Source: Clostridiales bacterium
GTDB lineage: Bacteria > Bacillota > Clostridia > Oscillospirales > Acutalibacteraceae
Direction of reading: 5' to 3'
DNA: 64,000 nt
Assembly: GCA_019415945.1 (NCBI GenBank)
Contig: DXYF01000032.1
Location: 484 to 64,483 of the forward strand
The stretch's first letter is position 1. Every line of letters begins with the position of its first letter. Positions 30,180 through 41,277 of this stretch are shown piece by piece. Position numbers and translations under genes: made by a program. Under the pieces are notes generated by a model, which saw only the letters and a list, made by a program, of their open reading frames with translations, was not told where the DNA came from and made no database searches.

Positions 30180-31421
30180 TTAACTGATAACACTATACAT
30201 ACCAAACATTGCCTGTACTATCGAAATAACCACAAAACCGACAATGAACGCAATAATAATAGTCATCAAAGGCGTCATAGCGTCCGTCATACGCTTTGTT
30301 GCTTCCGTAGCCTGTTCGTTATACATATCTGCCATCTTATTCAGTGAATCGCCGAGCATACCGCTTTCTTCACCTACTCTTATCATCGATACGAACAAAG
30401 CGTCAAACGCTTTGGGATATCTTGCAATAGAAACATTAATAGGGGTACCTATTTTCACATCTTCGATAATCTGATTTAAGCAGTCTTTTATATATTTATT
30501 GCCGACAACATCTCTTGAAAGTTCAAGCGACGAAAGGATATTTACGCCTGAGTCGGTAAGCGTTGCCATCATATTCGCAAATCTTGTGAGCTGATTAAGT
30601 CTTAACACTTCACCTATGATGGGAATTTTCAGCTGATATGTTGACCACCACATACAAAAATTGTAATTATACTTATAAGCAAGCCTTAGTCCCACTACAA
30701 TCGCGGCAATAATCAAAACTATAAGCCAGCCGAAATTAATTATGACATCGGACATTCCCATAGTAATCTGCGTCATTATCGGAAGTTCCGAATCGAACGA
30801 CTCGAACAAATCCTTAAACGCAGGAAGCACCAGAACGCTCATAAGAATTATGAGGGCAATTACAAGAACAACGAGAAAGGCCGGGTATATCATCGCTCCG
30901 ATAATTTTGCTTTTCAAAGTCATTTCCTTTTTCAGAAGATTAACACATTTGTCAAAAGCTTCATCAAGCCTACCGTTAGCTTCTCCCGTCTGAATAATAT
31001 TTACATAAACCTTTGGAAAAGTCTTAAACGAACCGATTGAATCCGACAGAGGAACACCGTTGTACAAATTTGCGGTTATCTCCTGAAGAATCCTAAGCAT
31101 TTTTTTATCTTTTTCGGTATCGCACATAACAGCCATTGCAACCGAAAGCGAAATTCCGGATCTTATCATAAGAGCCATTTGGTGCATAAATGTAAGTATC
31201 TTTTTCTTTCTTATCTTCAAATCGTGAACATCTTTTGTTCCGCCTAAATCTCTCTCCCATATCGGAAGATGATCCTGTGAATCCTTTGTGATCTCACTGA
31301 TTGACAAAGCAATCATACCTCTGGCTTCAAGGTTCTTTTTTACCTCTTCCTTTGAGTTTGCAATCATCTCGGATTTATATTTTCTGTTTTTTTCGTTTAC
31401 AGCAACATAATAGTATTTCAT
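30180..31421 (-). CDS. pilC: Type IV pilus platform protein (T2SS F family)
   Basis: GEANGRLD, AMIYPAF, VSMIRVGEESGML, three TMs. Confidence 0.93.
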   Translation of the reverse strand: MKYYYVAVNEKNRKYKSEMIANSKEEVKKNLEARGMIALSISEITKDSQDHLPIWERDLGGTKDVHDLKIRKKKILTFMHQMALMIRSGISLSVAMAVMCDTEKDKKMLRILQEITANLYNGVPLSDSIGSFKTFPKVYVNIIQTGEANGRLDEAFDKCVNLLKKEMTLKSKIIGAMIYPAFLVVLVIALIILMSVLVLPAFKDLFESFDSELPIMTQITMGMSDVIINFGWLIVLIIAAIVVGLRLAYKYNYNFCMWWSTYQLKIPIIGEVLRLNQLTRFANMMATLTDSGVNILSSLELSRDVVGNKYIKDCLNQIIEDVKIGTPINVSIARYPKAFDALFVSMIRVGEESGMLGDSLNKMADMYNEQATEATKRMTDAMTPLMTIIIAFIVGFVVISIVQAMFGMYSVIS

Positions 31422-31426
31422 ATGTC

Positions 31427-32599
31427 TTACCTCCTGTTTTTATTCAGATAGGAAGCCGTTCCCGGAATATTTCCGTGATACGAACCGTACTGCGGACCTG
31501 AAGAAATTTGCTGTCCCGTAACTGACGGCATCGGAGGAGTTGACTCCCCTGTCAAAGCCATGTTATCACTGACATCAAAGCTGTATTTATCGGCAGTTTC
31601 CTTAGTGATAATGCCTCTTTTAAGAAGATTTTCAATACTTAGCTTCTTGGTAATCATACCCGTGGACTGGTTAAGCGAAATCATCTGCTCAATCTGAGGA
31701 ATCTTATTTTCACGAATAAGGTTAGCAATAGCAGAATTTACAAACATTATCTCAAATGCACCCACTCTGCCTCTTCTGTCAGCTCTCGGAAGCAAACGCT
31801 GTGAAATAACGGCCTTCAGCGTTGTTGAAAGCTGGCTGAGTGCCTGCTTCTGGCGTTCTACAGGGAACATATCTATCAGTCTGTCTATCGTTTTTGCCGC
31901 ACTTTCGGTGTGCAGTGTTGAAAAAACAAGATGACCTGTCTCGGCTGCTCTTAGGGCGATTGACATAGACTCAAGGTCACGGATTTCACCCATTAAAATA
32001 ACATCAGGATCTTCTCTTAATGCAGATTTAAGAGCCGAAGAATAAGTATCGCTGTCCTCTCCTACCTCACGCTGGTTTATTATGCATTTGTTCGGAGTGT
32101 GTACATACTCTACAGGGTCTTCTATCGTAATAATATGCAAACTTTCGTTTGCGTTAATTTCGTTTATCAGAGCTGCAAGAGTAGTTGATTTACCGCTTCC
32201 CGTAGGACCGGTAACAAGCACAAGCCCCTCTTGAAGATTTAAGACTTTTGCAATAGAATCAGGCAAGTTAAGTGCCGAAAGCTTCGGGGGATTCATTTTA
32301 ATTATACGCATTACAAGTGTTGCTCCGTGCCTTTGCTTGAACGCATTTATTCTGAATCGTGCCATATCCTCAAACTGGTAACTTGCATCTATGTCGCCGG
32401 TATTGCAAAATTCCAGATAATCGGCAGGTTCGAGAACACCGTCGATAAAGCTCATTACCGTTTCTTCATCAAGAACAGTAGTGTCGCTGAAATTTATTAT
32501 TTTTCCGTCTTTACGGTATGACGGCAGGTTGTTGCTTGCAAGATGAATATCCGACGCTCCGTTGTCAACGGCAAATCTAATCATTTCTTTTAAATCCAT
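31427..32599 (-). CDS. pilT: Type IV pilus retraction ATPase
   Basis: GPTGSGKSTT, TIEDPVE, ALREDPD, AETGHLVFSTLHT, AIANLIRENK. Confidence 0.93.
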   Translation of the reverse strand: MDLKEMIRFAVDNGASDIHLASNNLPSYRKDGKIINFSDTTVLDEETVMSFIDGVLEPADYLEFCNTGDIDASYQFEDMARFRINAFKQRHGATLVMRIIKMNPPKLSALNLPDSIAKVLNLQEGLVLVTGPTGSGKSTTLAALINEINANESLHIITIEDPVEYVHTPNKCIINQREVGEDSDTYSSALKSALREDPDVILMGEIRDLESMSIALRAAETGHLVFSTLHTESAAKTIDRLIDMFPVERQKQALSQLSTTLKAVISQRLLPRADRRGRVGAFEIMFVNSAIANLIRENKIPQIEQMISLNQSTGMITKKLSIENLLKRGIITKETADKYSFDVSDNMALTGESTPPMPSVTGQQISSGPQYGSYHGNIPGTASYLNKNRR

Positions 32600-32610
32600 A
32601 AAATTACTCC

Positions 32611-34317
32611 TTAGTCGTCCTCATATACTTCCGACACCGTATCAATATAGGTGTCAAATGAAATAATGCCGCTGTACAGCAGGCGTTTTAAATTGTCACG
32701 AAGGGATATCATTCCTTCTTTTCTGGCTATTGCGTCAATTTCATCAGTCGTTTTTCCCTGATGAATTGCATTTTTTATGGTTCTTGTAACGGTCATAACC
32801 TCATGCACGGCAATTCTGCCTTTATAACCTAAATTATTGCATCCGCTGCATTTTGACGCCCTGTAAAGCGTGAGTTTTTTATTCAAGGGCAAATCAAGCA
32901 GTCTCAGCTCATCTTCCGACGCCGTATAAGCAACCTTACATTCGGGGCAAAGTCGTCTTACAAGCTTTTGGGCTATAACGCCCAAAATAGAAGAAGATAC
33001 CATATACGGCTCAACTCCCATATCAATCAGTCTGACAACAGAGCTTGCCGCATTGAAAGTATGTATGGTTGAAAGCACAAGGTGACCCGTAATTGCGGCA
33101 CGGGCAGCTATATCGGCAGTTTCCTGGTCACGAATCTCACCTATCATTATGATATCGGGGTCCTGACGAAGAATTGAACGCAGAACGCTTGCAAAGGTAA
33201 GCCCCGCCTTGTCGTTGATATTAACCTGAGTAATACCGGGAAGCACCATCTCGACAGGGTTTTCAACCGTAACTATATTCACATCTTCTCTGTTTAAATC
33301 AGAAAGAGCCGCATAAAGTGTGGTTGACTTACCGCTTCCCGTAGCACCTGAAAGAAGTATGATGCCTCGGTTAGAGGTTAAAAGTCTGTCAAACTTTTCA
33401 AGATTTTCAGGCAAAAAACCTATGCTGTTCTTGTCAAGTTTCAAACCGAGTGCAGTCGTGATTCTTATTACTATCTTTTCACCGTAAACACTCGGCAGAG
33501 ACGATACACGCATATCCACCTTCTGATTATTGACGGTATAGTGAAGTCTGCCGTCCTGCGGGATACGCTTTTCGGCAATGTTCATACCGCTGATGAATTT
33601 TACACGGCTTATAACAGACGGTGCAAGCTCCTTGCTTGAATCCATATATTTTATAAGTTTGCCGTCTATTCTGAAACGAATCTGCATCTCGTTTTCCTGC
33701 GGTTCAATATGTATATCCGATACACGCTGACTTATAGCATCGGAAATCATATTATTTACAAACTTAATAATAGGCTGATTTTCAATATCCTCCTGATCCT
33801 CAGTTGAAACCGTTTCCTCGGTTTTTTTCATCTGAGTTTTGACAAATTCCTGTGCTTCATCGTAAACAGAAGCATGATCGTTTCTGTTAAGCAATTCCGC
33901 TTTCTTTACTTCAAGCTGACTCGGAAGACAAACAGCCGTCTTGATCTTCATTCTTGTATAATTGTTTACTGCGTATATTGCTTTGTAGTCAAGGGGATTT
34001 GACATTCCTATCAGCAAAAAATTATTTTCGATTTTAAGCGGAATTATATTATATTCTTCAATCACCGATTCTGAAATCAGAGATGATACTTCTTCGGAAA
34101 TAATGAAATTATCCAGATTAACAAGAGGAATATGCATCTTGTTTGCCAAAGTCTGATAAACATCGGTTTCCGAAACAATTCCTTCCTTTATCAGGGCGTC
34201 TTCAACAGTGATATTCGGGTCATCCATGTACTGCATCTGGAGACGCTTTATTGTTTTTAAACGAACGCTCTCGTTTTTTATAAGCTCATTGCTTAAATTA
34301 AAAATAGATGGTTTCAT
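32611..34317 (-). CDS. pilB: Type IV pilus assembly ATPase (GspE/PilB)
   Basis: SDIHIEP, EKRIPQDG, GATGSGKSTT, LRQDPD, tetra-Cys zinc motif. Confidence 0.93.
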   Translation of the reverse strand: MKPSIFNLSNELIKNESVRLKTIKRLQMQYMDDPNITVEDALIKEGIVSETDVYQTLANKMHIPLVNLDNFIISEEVSSLISESVIEEYNIIPLKIENNFLLIGMSNPLDYKAIYAVNNYTRMKIKTAVCLPSQLEVKKAELLNRNDHASVYDEAQEFVKTQMKKTEETVSTEDQEDIENQPIIKFVNNMISDAISQRVSDIHIEPQENEMQIRFRIDGKLIKYMDSSKELAPSVISRVKFISGMNIAEKRIPQDGRLHYTVNNQKVDMRVSSLPSVYGEKIVIRITTALGLKLDKNSIGFLPENLEKFDRLLTSNRGIILLSGATGSGKSTTLYAALSDLNREDVNIVTVENPVEMVLPGITQVNINDKAGLTFASVLRSILRQDPDIIMIGEIRDQETADIAARAAITGHLVLSTIHTFNAASSVVRLIDMGVEPYMVSSSILGVIAQKLVRRLCPECKVAYTASEDELRLLDLPLNKKLTLYRASKCSGCNNLGYKGRIAVHEVMTVTRTIKNAIHQGKTTDEIDAIARKEGMISLRDNLKRLLYSGIISFDTYIDTVSEVYEDD

Positions 34318-34347
34318 ATAATCTCACCTTAAAAATATTCGTACAAA

Positions 34348-35136
34348 TTAAAATCCAATAAGCGAAAGATACCACGCCGCCAAGGAATCGAATAAAACGG
34401 CAAATATTAAATTGCACAGAGAACCTATGCACAAAAACGGACCGAACGGAAAATAATTGCTGTTTTCATCTTTTTTCAAAGATTTTTTTGCAACAATAAA
34501 AATTATGTAAACAAATGCAGCGGCGATTGATGTAAGCAGGGCAAAAAATACCCTCGGAAATCCAAGACATGCCCCCAACGCAAGCATAAGCTTGACATCT
34601 CCAAACCCCATTCCGTCCTTTTTAAATACAAGTTTTGAAAGGAGATTTATCAGCAAAAGTGTCCCTCCGCCGCAAACAGCACCCAAAATTATGTCCGTCC
34701 AGCTCGAAACAAACCTCTTTGCACAAAATATATCCGTTACCGCAAATGCAACACAAATAACACCGAGTATTATGACAAACTGATCGGGAATAATCGTGTA
34801 CTTTGCGTCGCTCAGGGTAATGAGCAGAAGCACGAACGATATTGCAAAAATAAACGCCGAATATACGGAAACGCCGAAGTACCCAAAACAACAAATATTC
34901 AGAACAGCAAACAAAGCGGAGGTGTAAATTCCGCTTTGTTTAAATCTATACCTGATTCCGAAATGACGCTCGCTGGGTTCTTCGTCGTAATCGCAAAGCC
35001 ATTTTACAGGCACCGCATTCAGCACCTTGTATGCAAGCAAACAAGCCGCAACAGAAAGAACCGCAATAACGGCTGCCGTTATAATATTTGTAAATTGTGA
35101 AAAGTCAGTTGCGTAAAAATAGCTTATAGTTTGCAT
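34348..35136 (-). CDS. pilD: Prepilin peptidase (A24)
   Basis: LSDAKYTIIPD, GMGFGDVKL, PFGPFL, multiple TMs. Confidence 0.9.
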   Translation of the reverse strand: MQTISYFYATDFSQFTNIITAAVIAVLSVAACLLAYKVLNAVPVKWLCDYDEEPSERHFGIRYRFKQSGIYTSALFAVLNICCFGYFGVSVYSAFIFAISFVLLLITLSDAKYTIIPDQFVIILGVICVAFAVTDIFCAKRFVSSWTDIILGAVCGGGTLLLINLLSKLVFKKDGMGFGDVKLMLALGACLGFPRVFFALLTSIAAAFVYIIFIVAKKSLKKDENSNYFPFGPFLCIGSLCNLIFAVLFDSLAAWYLSLIGF

Positions 35137-35171
35137 AAAATTATCCTTTATATATCCTTGTTCTGTTAATT

Positions 35172-35777
35172 TTACTCTGCGGACTCAGCAGCAGGCTGTG
35201 TGCTTGAAACAGCCTGAGTAGAATCAAAATAATAAAGCGTTACCGCAAAAGAAACAACATAATTGTTGCTGTTTTCAATCGGTGACATATTAAGTGAATT
35301 AATAAAATAGCAGCCCTTTGATTCCTGCTCAAGGTAATGAATCAGTTTATTTGTTGTTTCGATGTTTCCTGTGTAGGAAAAATTAAGAGCAGTTGTGTAC
35401 AGAGGAACACCGCCTGTTGATTTTCGCCCCTGAGGATCTGCAATACCCTCGTTTCTTGTGAGGGTTGAAATATTAATTTTCAGCTTTGTAAAGATAGACT
35501 GCAAATCTTCAACCGAAGACTTTGAATCAATATAAAGTTCAGACTGCTTTTCGTCATATTCCTTTGTCAGCTGTTCAATTTTTGCTTCAATTTCCGCTTG
35601 TTGGGCAAGCACACTTTCGTACTGTTCAACCTGTGACACCGCAGTTTTGTGATTTGTCTGATATTCGGGGATTTTTGTAAAGGTCGGTATAAACATAGCT
35701 ACCAAAAGCACAAAGAACAAAGCAAGAAGTATCACAAAAAATATTATAGACTTTGGTATGTTTTGACTTGATTTCAT
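35172..35777 (-). CDS. PilO-like alignment protein
   Basis: N-terminal TM, coiled coil, C-terminal ferredoxin-like pattern; position after pilMN. Confidence 0.65.
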   Translation of the reverse strand: MKSSQNIPKSIIFFVILLALFFVLLVAMFIPTFTKIPEYQTNHKTAVSQVEQYESVLAQQAEIEAKIEQLTKEYDEKQSELYIDSKSSVEDLQSIFTKLKINISTLTRNEGIADPQGRKSTGGVPLYTTALNFSYTGNIETTNKLIHYLEQESKGCYFINSLNMSPIENSNNYVVSFAVTLYYFDSTQAVSSTQPAAESAE

Positions 35778-35791
35778 TTTTTCTTTCCCCC

Positions 35792-37507
35792 TTACTGTTT
35801 ATCTTCGCTTTTTGTTTCCGTTTCAGTCTGCGTATCCTGCTGTTGAGATACTGCATTTTGATCGGCTGTAAGCTGGGTACTGAACAAAAGTCCCGAACCG
35901 CCGCTGTTTTCGCTGACACTGAACACGGGACTCATAACAAAGAATCCGTCTTCCTTGATGTTGTTTTGGAGCGAAATAAATGTATTGAAGTTGTTGATTT
36001 TTCCGCTTATGGGCATGCTGTATGTTTCAAGTCCTGTTGCTTCATCGCGTGAATGTGTAATGCTGTAATAATCAAAATATGTAATCTTTGAAACAACCTG
36101 GGTATTAAGCTCGTTTACAACATCCTCGCAGTAAAGCTGTGTTCGCGGAAGAAGCTTTGCGTCTTCCTGTTGATTTTGCAGTGCGTTATTGATGTTGTTC
36201 TGCTTTTCAATAAGAGTTTTTGCCGGGTCGTATTTCGGATTGTTTACTGCCGAGTTATCCATCGCACTTCTTATTTCAAAGAATGCAAATGTACCTATTC
36301 CGATTACAAGCAATGCACCGAGAACAGCACAGCCTACGGATGTGATTTTCTGACCTGTATAAATATTTTTTGCCGCCGCAGCCTTAAGACCGTAGATAAG
36401 GTTATCTTCAAAGACAGAGCCGCTGTTCATCAGCTCGTTAAAGATAAAAAAGCTTCCCGATTTGTAAAAATCATCTCTTGCTTTCAGCGACGGTTCGGGA
36501 ATAATCGAGCTTGGTCTGAAAGTATCCGAAATTAAAATAATGTCTTTTGAAAGTCCGAATTTAACAAAGAAATTTCGGATATGCGGAATGTAAGCAAAAA
36601 AGTCACTCAAAAACATTTGCTCAAGCTCAAGATTAAGCGACATTGTTACAATGCGGATATTTCTCACGATTTCATCGATAAGCGTTTCCGAAATTTCCTC
36701 AAGCTTTCTCTGTGCCGTGCTTGTTCTGCAATCATTCTTAAAACCGTAGCCTGCCGTTCTTAAATAGTCAAAAGCCGCAGAAGTACTTATATTTCTGTCC
36801 TCTTCAATGACCTTTAAAATTTCATCGGCAGGAGAATGAAAATCGTGGCTGTACAAAAGCTTTCCGTTTTGGCAGATGACAACCCTGACAGCGGAAAAGT
36901 CCATGCTGACAAGTGCAACCGTTTTTTCAAAACTGTAAACCGTATTTTTTGCCGAATAAATCATGGCACACTCGGCGGGAATCACCTTGATGAGATTAAG
37001 CTGATTGGCTTTGAATGCGTTAACAAGGTCGTCTATGAGCAGTTTCGGCACGGCAAAAGCCTTTGTTGTTATCTCGCCCGAAACCACCTTGTTTTTTGTT
37101 TCCACATAATCGCTGTAAATAACCGAATAATTGCTTATGTCTTCGCCGACAAAGTCCTTTATTTTGTCTATGGCAAGACTTTTGAGAGCTTTCGGCGAAC
37201 CGTTTATGTGCTGATATTCCTGACAGGTAAGGTCAAAACTCTCCAAAACTAAAATTACATTTTTAATTTCGCTGTGGCTCATTTGGCTCAAGCCGTCCTT
37301 AACAAGCTTTGCCATTAGTTCGGGATCCTCCCAGACGGAAGACCTCTCCTTGAGCATTTCTTTTTCTATCGGCACGAGTATGGGTGAAGAAAAAGAGTAC
37401 GCCGTTTTTGTATCTATATTTTTTTCTTTATCGTTGTCTGATGAAAGAGGGGAACAGGCTGTAATGCACAAATATCTTTCAAGGACCTGAACCAATACAT
37501 TATCCAT
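35792..37507 (-). CDS. PilM-PilN fusion alignment protein
   Basis: Actin-like N-terminal region (ALVSMDFSAVRVVICQNG) then a single TM and coiled coil; PilMN fusions are known in Clostridia. Confidence 0.65.
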   Translation of the reverse strand: MDNVLVQVLERYLCITACSPLSSDNDKEKNIDTKTAYSFSSPILVPIEKEMLKERSSVWEDPELMAKLVKDGLSQMSHSEIKNVILVLESFDLTCQEYQHINGSPKALKSLAIDKIKDFVGEDISNYSVIYSDYVETKNKVVSGEITTKAFAVPKLLIDDLVNAFKANQLNLIKVIPAECAMIYSAKNTVYSFEKTVALVSMDFSAVRVVICQNGKLLYSHDFHSPADEILKVIEEDRNISTSAAFDYLRTAGYGFKNDCRTSTAQRKLEEISETLIDEIVRNIRIVTMSLNLELEQMFLSDFFAYIPHIRNFFVKFGLSKDIILISDTFRPSSIIPEPSLKARDDFYKSGSFFIFNELMNSGSVFEDNLIYGLKAAAAKNIYTGQKITSVGCAVLGALLVIGIGTFAFFEIRSAMDNSAVNNPKYDPAKTLIEKQNNINNALQNQQEDAKLLPRTQLYCEDVVNELNTQVVSKITYFDYYSITHSRDEATGLETYSMPISGKINNFNTFISLQNNIKEDGFFVMSPVFSVSENSGGSGLLFSTQLTADQNAVSQQQDTQTETETKSEDKQ

Positions 37508-37775
37508 ATGTAAACACCGCCTATGATATTTTTATATTTAATTTAATATTAATATTCTTTAATAAAAATGCATTTGTAACTAAAGATAAAATATATTAAC
37601 AATTAATCAAATTTAGGTCAAAAAGAACCAAAAAGCTTCAAATACTGCGAAAGGCCCGCATTTTGCGAGCCTTTCTATGTTGTAGTTCTCTCAACCATCA
37701 GCACAACAAAGATATGAATATTTGATTAACAGTTAAAAATGTCTGTATATTCCTGAACAGTATACAAAACCCGTA

Positions 37776-38237
37776 TTAGAAAAGACCAGCAACCGTCTGT
37801 GTTGAATCAGAGGTAATATCCTCATTTGATGTAGTTGGTGTAGAGCCATCAAGAGAATTAGTTCCGTTCATATAATAACATTTATCATCAGCAGATGACC
37901 ATGTAAGTGTAAATGTATCGCTGCCAACTGTAACAGTATCATCCAAATCAATTGATTTAGCGGTACAAACATCTGCAACCGTTGTAGCTGTACCGTTAGT
38001 ATAAATGCTTGTATCGCCCGCCTTAATCATTGCGTCAGCTTCCTTGAGTGCAAGCTCAAGAGTCTGTGCGTTTGAGAGAGCCGCGCTTCTTGTTGAAGAA
38101 TTTATCGTATTTGCAACAACAGGAATTGCAATAGCAGCAAGAATTGCAAGAATTGCAATTACAACTACGAGCTCAACAAGTGTAAAACCTTTTTTGTTTG
38201 TCTTTTTTGTCGTATTTGTGTTCATCATTTTCCTCAC
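37776..38237 (-). CDS. pilA: Type IV major pilin
   Basis: KKG|FTLVELVVVIAILAILAAIAIP; own promoter upstream and terminator-like hairpin downstream (37648-37677). Confidence 0.88.
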   Translation of the reverse strand: MRKMMNTNTTKKTNKKGFTLVELVVVIAILAILAAIAIPVVANTINSSTRSAALSNAQTLELALKEADAMIKAGDTSIYTNGTATTVADVCTAKSIDLDDTVTVGSDTFTLTWSSADDKCYYMNGTNSLDGSTPTTSNEDITSDSTQTVAGLF

Positions 38238-38755
38238 TTTACTTTATGTTTTGATTACTCTTTGTTTGCGGTAAATATCGCAAAATTTGCTGATGTTATA
38301 TTGCGTTAATATTTTCCGAGAACGAGTAATATAATACCACAAAACAAAAATATTGTCCATAGTTTTTTATGATTTTTCGCTTAATAATCTTATTTCTATG
38401 TTTTGCACATTTTGCATTAGTAAATTTTGTTAATTATCTCTATATTATCTTGTTGTCAATGCTTTTTTAAAATAAAACAATATTTTGTTATTTTTATTGT
38501 TCAACATCTGCTTAAATCGGTAATTTATATCACCACTCTAAACATAAAAAAACAATTTAATTATAAAAAAAGCATAATCCATTTTTGAGATTATGCCTTT
38601 TAAACCTGATTTTTAATTTAATTTTGTTAGCTGTTAGTATCTAATATTAATAAATTTTAATATTATTTTATAAATTAAAAATAAACACAAACTGTGCAAA
38701 ACATTATGCCGACATTATAAACAAAAACTTTGTAAATAATCAACAAACAAAAATT

Positions 38756-41260
38756 TTACAACAACACTGTGTATCCCTGATCCTCTACTGCTTTTTTGAG
38801 GACTTCACATGAAACATCTTTATTAAGTGTAACGACTGCATTTCCCTTTTCATGGCTCACGCAGGCATTTTCAACTCCTTCGATTTCTTCGAGAGATTTT
38901 TTTACTCTTGCCTCGCAGTGGGGACACATCATACCTTCGATTTTGAGTGTTTTTGTCATTTTCTTCTCATCCTTTCCGAATTTAGGTTTATTGGAACCTT
39001 TTAATTTTGTTTTACCATTATGGATTTTTACAAAATTCAGCCGCAAAGCATTTGTCACAACACAAAAGCTCGATATACTCATTGCAGCCGCGGCAAGCAT
39101 AGGGCTCAGGCTCCAGCCTGTAACAAAAATAAACGCTCCTGCCGCAATGGGTATTCCGATTACATTGTAGAAGAATGCCCAAAACAAATTTTCATGAATT
39201 ATTTTAAGCGTTGATCTACCAAGTCTTATTGCCGCACAAACATCTGAAAGACGGCTTTTTATCAAAACGACATCGGCGGCGTCAAGTGCAATATCGGTTC
39301 CCGCTCCAATCGCTATGCCCACATCGGCACTTGTCAGGGCAGGTGCGTCATTAATACCGTCGCCGACCATCGCCACCGTACCGTCTTTCTTTAAATCGGA
39401 AACAAACTTTTCCTTTTCCTGCGGCAAGACGCCTGCAAACACCTCGTCAACTCCGGCGGCTTTTCCTACCGCATTTGCTGTTTTAGGATTGTCGCCCGTG
39501 AGCATAACAACACGCATACCCATATCATGAAGCTGTTTTACTGCACTCGCACTGTCCTCCTTTATTTCATCTGCAACACCGATAACTCCAAGCGTTCTGC
39601 CTGATTTTGAAAAAAATATCGGAGTTTTTCCGTCATTTGCAAATTTTTCTGCAATTTCTGCTGTCTTTTGCGAAATTCGGGCATATTGAGAAATGAATTT
39701 TAAATTGCCTCCGCATATGACTTCTCCGTCTGTCTTAGCAGATACGCCAAGTCCCGGAAACGATTTAAAATCTTCCGCTTTTTCGGGTACAAATCCCTGT
39801 TCGTCAGCTTTCTTTACAATCGCCTTTGCAAGCGGATGTTCACTTTTAGATTCGAGTGTAAGTGCGGTTTTGATAAGTTCTTCCAAACTGCTGTCGATAA
39901 CAACGGTATCCGTGACATTCGGCTCTCCTTTAGTTATTGTTCCTGTTTTGTCAATGGCAACTACCTTGACTTTGCCGCACAGTTCAAGCGACTGAGCCGT
40001 TTTAAACAAAATAGAATTCTTTGCACCCATGCCGCTTCCTGCCATAATTGCAACAGGCGTTGCGAGACCGAGTGAGCAAGGACAGCTTATTACAAGCACA
40101 GAAATTGCCCGAGCAAGTGCAAAGCCTGTATCGGCACCTGCTAAAAGCCATATTATTGCGGTTAAAACCGCTATCAAAATCACGACGGGAACAAACACAC
40201 CTGCAACCTTATCGGCGACCCTTGCGATGGGGGCTTTGGTTGCGGCGGCATCGCTCACTGTTTTTATTATTTGCGAAAGCGTTGTGTCTTCTCCCACTTT
40301 GGACGCTCTGCATTTTATAAACCCGTGTTGATTGACAGTCCCCGCAAAAACATCATTTCCGCTAAATTTATCGGCAGGTATGCTCTCTCCTGTTATTGCA
40401 GACTCGTCTACTGCCGTTACTCCGTCGATTACCACACCGTCAACGGGAATGCTCTCTCCGGGTCGAACGACAAAAATATCGCCTTTTTTTACTTTGTCCG
40501 CCGTCACCTTGACCTCTTTGCCGTCTGCAATAATTACCGCCGTTTTCGGTGAAAGTCTTATAAGGCTTTTTAATGCGTCTGTGGTCTTTCCTTTTGAGCG
40601 TGCTTCAAGCAATTTTCCGATAGTTATAAGTGCAAGTATCATTGCCGCAGACTCAAAATACATTTCGTGCATATATGACATTACCTGTGCGGTATCGCCG
40701 TCAAGCTGTGCCCCGGTCATCGCAAAAAGCACACATACACTGTAGACAAACGCCGCTGATGACCCAAGTGCTACAAGCGTATCCATATTGGCAGATTTCT
40801 TTAAAACAGCTTTAAAGCCGTTTATAAAAAACCTTTGATTAATAACCATTATCGCTGATGTCAGGAGCAGTTGTATCAAGCCCATTGCGATGTGGTTATT
40901 TTCCAAAATCTGCGGAATCGGAAAACCCCACATCATATGCCCCATTGAAAAATACATAAGCACTATAAGCAACAAGGCAGACGCTGCGGCTCTTTTTAAA
41001 AGCACGGCTATCTCCGTACTGCTGTTGTCGATATTTTTATCGTCGGAATTAAGCTTTTCTTCTCCCTTGAGCGAGGCTGAATATCCTGCCTGTTCAACGG
41101 CTTTGATTACGGTTTCGTCAGGAACATCTCCCTGTACGCTCATAGAGTTTGTTAGCAGACTGACAGAACAGGAGTCCACGCCGTCAAGCTTTGAAACCGC
41201 CTTTTCAACCCTTGAACTGCAAGCGGCACAGCTCATACCTGTAACATTGTATTGTTTCAT
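38756..41260 (-). CDS. copA: Copper-translocating P1B-type ATPase
   Basis: HMA motifs GMSCAAC and GMMCPHC, TGES, CPC, DKTGT, HP, GDGINDAP. Confidence 0.95.
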   Translation of the reverse strand: MKQYNVTGMSCAACSSRVEKAVSKLDGVDSCSVSLLTNSMSVQGDVPDETVIKAVEQAGYSASLKGEEKLNSDDKNIDNSSTEIAVLLKRAAASALLLIVLMYFSMGHMMWGFPIPQILENNHIAMGLIQLLLTSAIMVINQRFFINGFKAVLKKSANMDTLVALGSSAAFVYSVCVLFAMTGAQLDGDTAQVMSYMHEMYFESAAMILALITIGKLLEARSKGKTTDALKSLIRLSPKTAVIIADGKEVKVTADKVKKGDIFVVRPGESIPVDGVVIDGVTAVDESAITGESIPADKFSGNDVFAGTVNQHGFIKCRASKVGEDTTLSQIIKTVSDAAATKAPIARVADKVAGVFVPVVILIAVLTAIIWLLAGADTGFALARAISVLVISCPCSLGLATPVAIMAGSGMGAKNSILFKTAQSLELCGKVKVVAIDKTGTITKGEPNVTDTVVIDSSLEELIKTALTLESKSEHPLAKAIVKKADEQGFVPEKAEDFKSFPGLGVSAKTDGEVICGGNLKFISQYARISQKTAEIAEKFANDGKTPIFFSKSGRTLGVIGVADEIKEDSASAVKQLHDMGMRVVMLTGDNPKTANAVGKAAGVDEVFAGVLPQEKEKFVSDLKKDGTVAMVGDGINDAPALTSADVGIAIGAGTDIALDAADVVLIKSRLSDVCAAIRLGRSTLKIIHENLFWAFFYNVIGIPIAAGAFIFVTGWSLSPMLAAAAMSISSFCVVTNALRLNFVKIHNGKTKLKGSNKPKFGKDEKKMTKTLKIEGMMCPHCEARVKKSLEEIEGVENACVSHEKGNAVVTLNKDVSCEVLKKAVEDQGYTVLL

Positions 41261-41277
41261 ATAATCCCCCATTCATG

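Noticed and set aside
38238..38750. c-di-GMP riboswitch upstream of pilA
   Set aside because: No recognisable class I or class II consensus; only a simple hairpin and AT-rich DNA.
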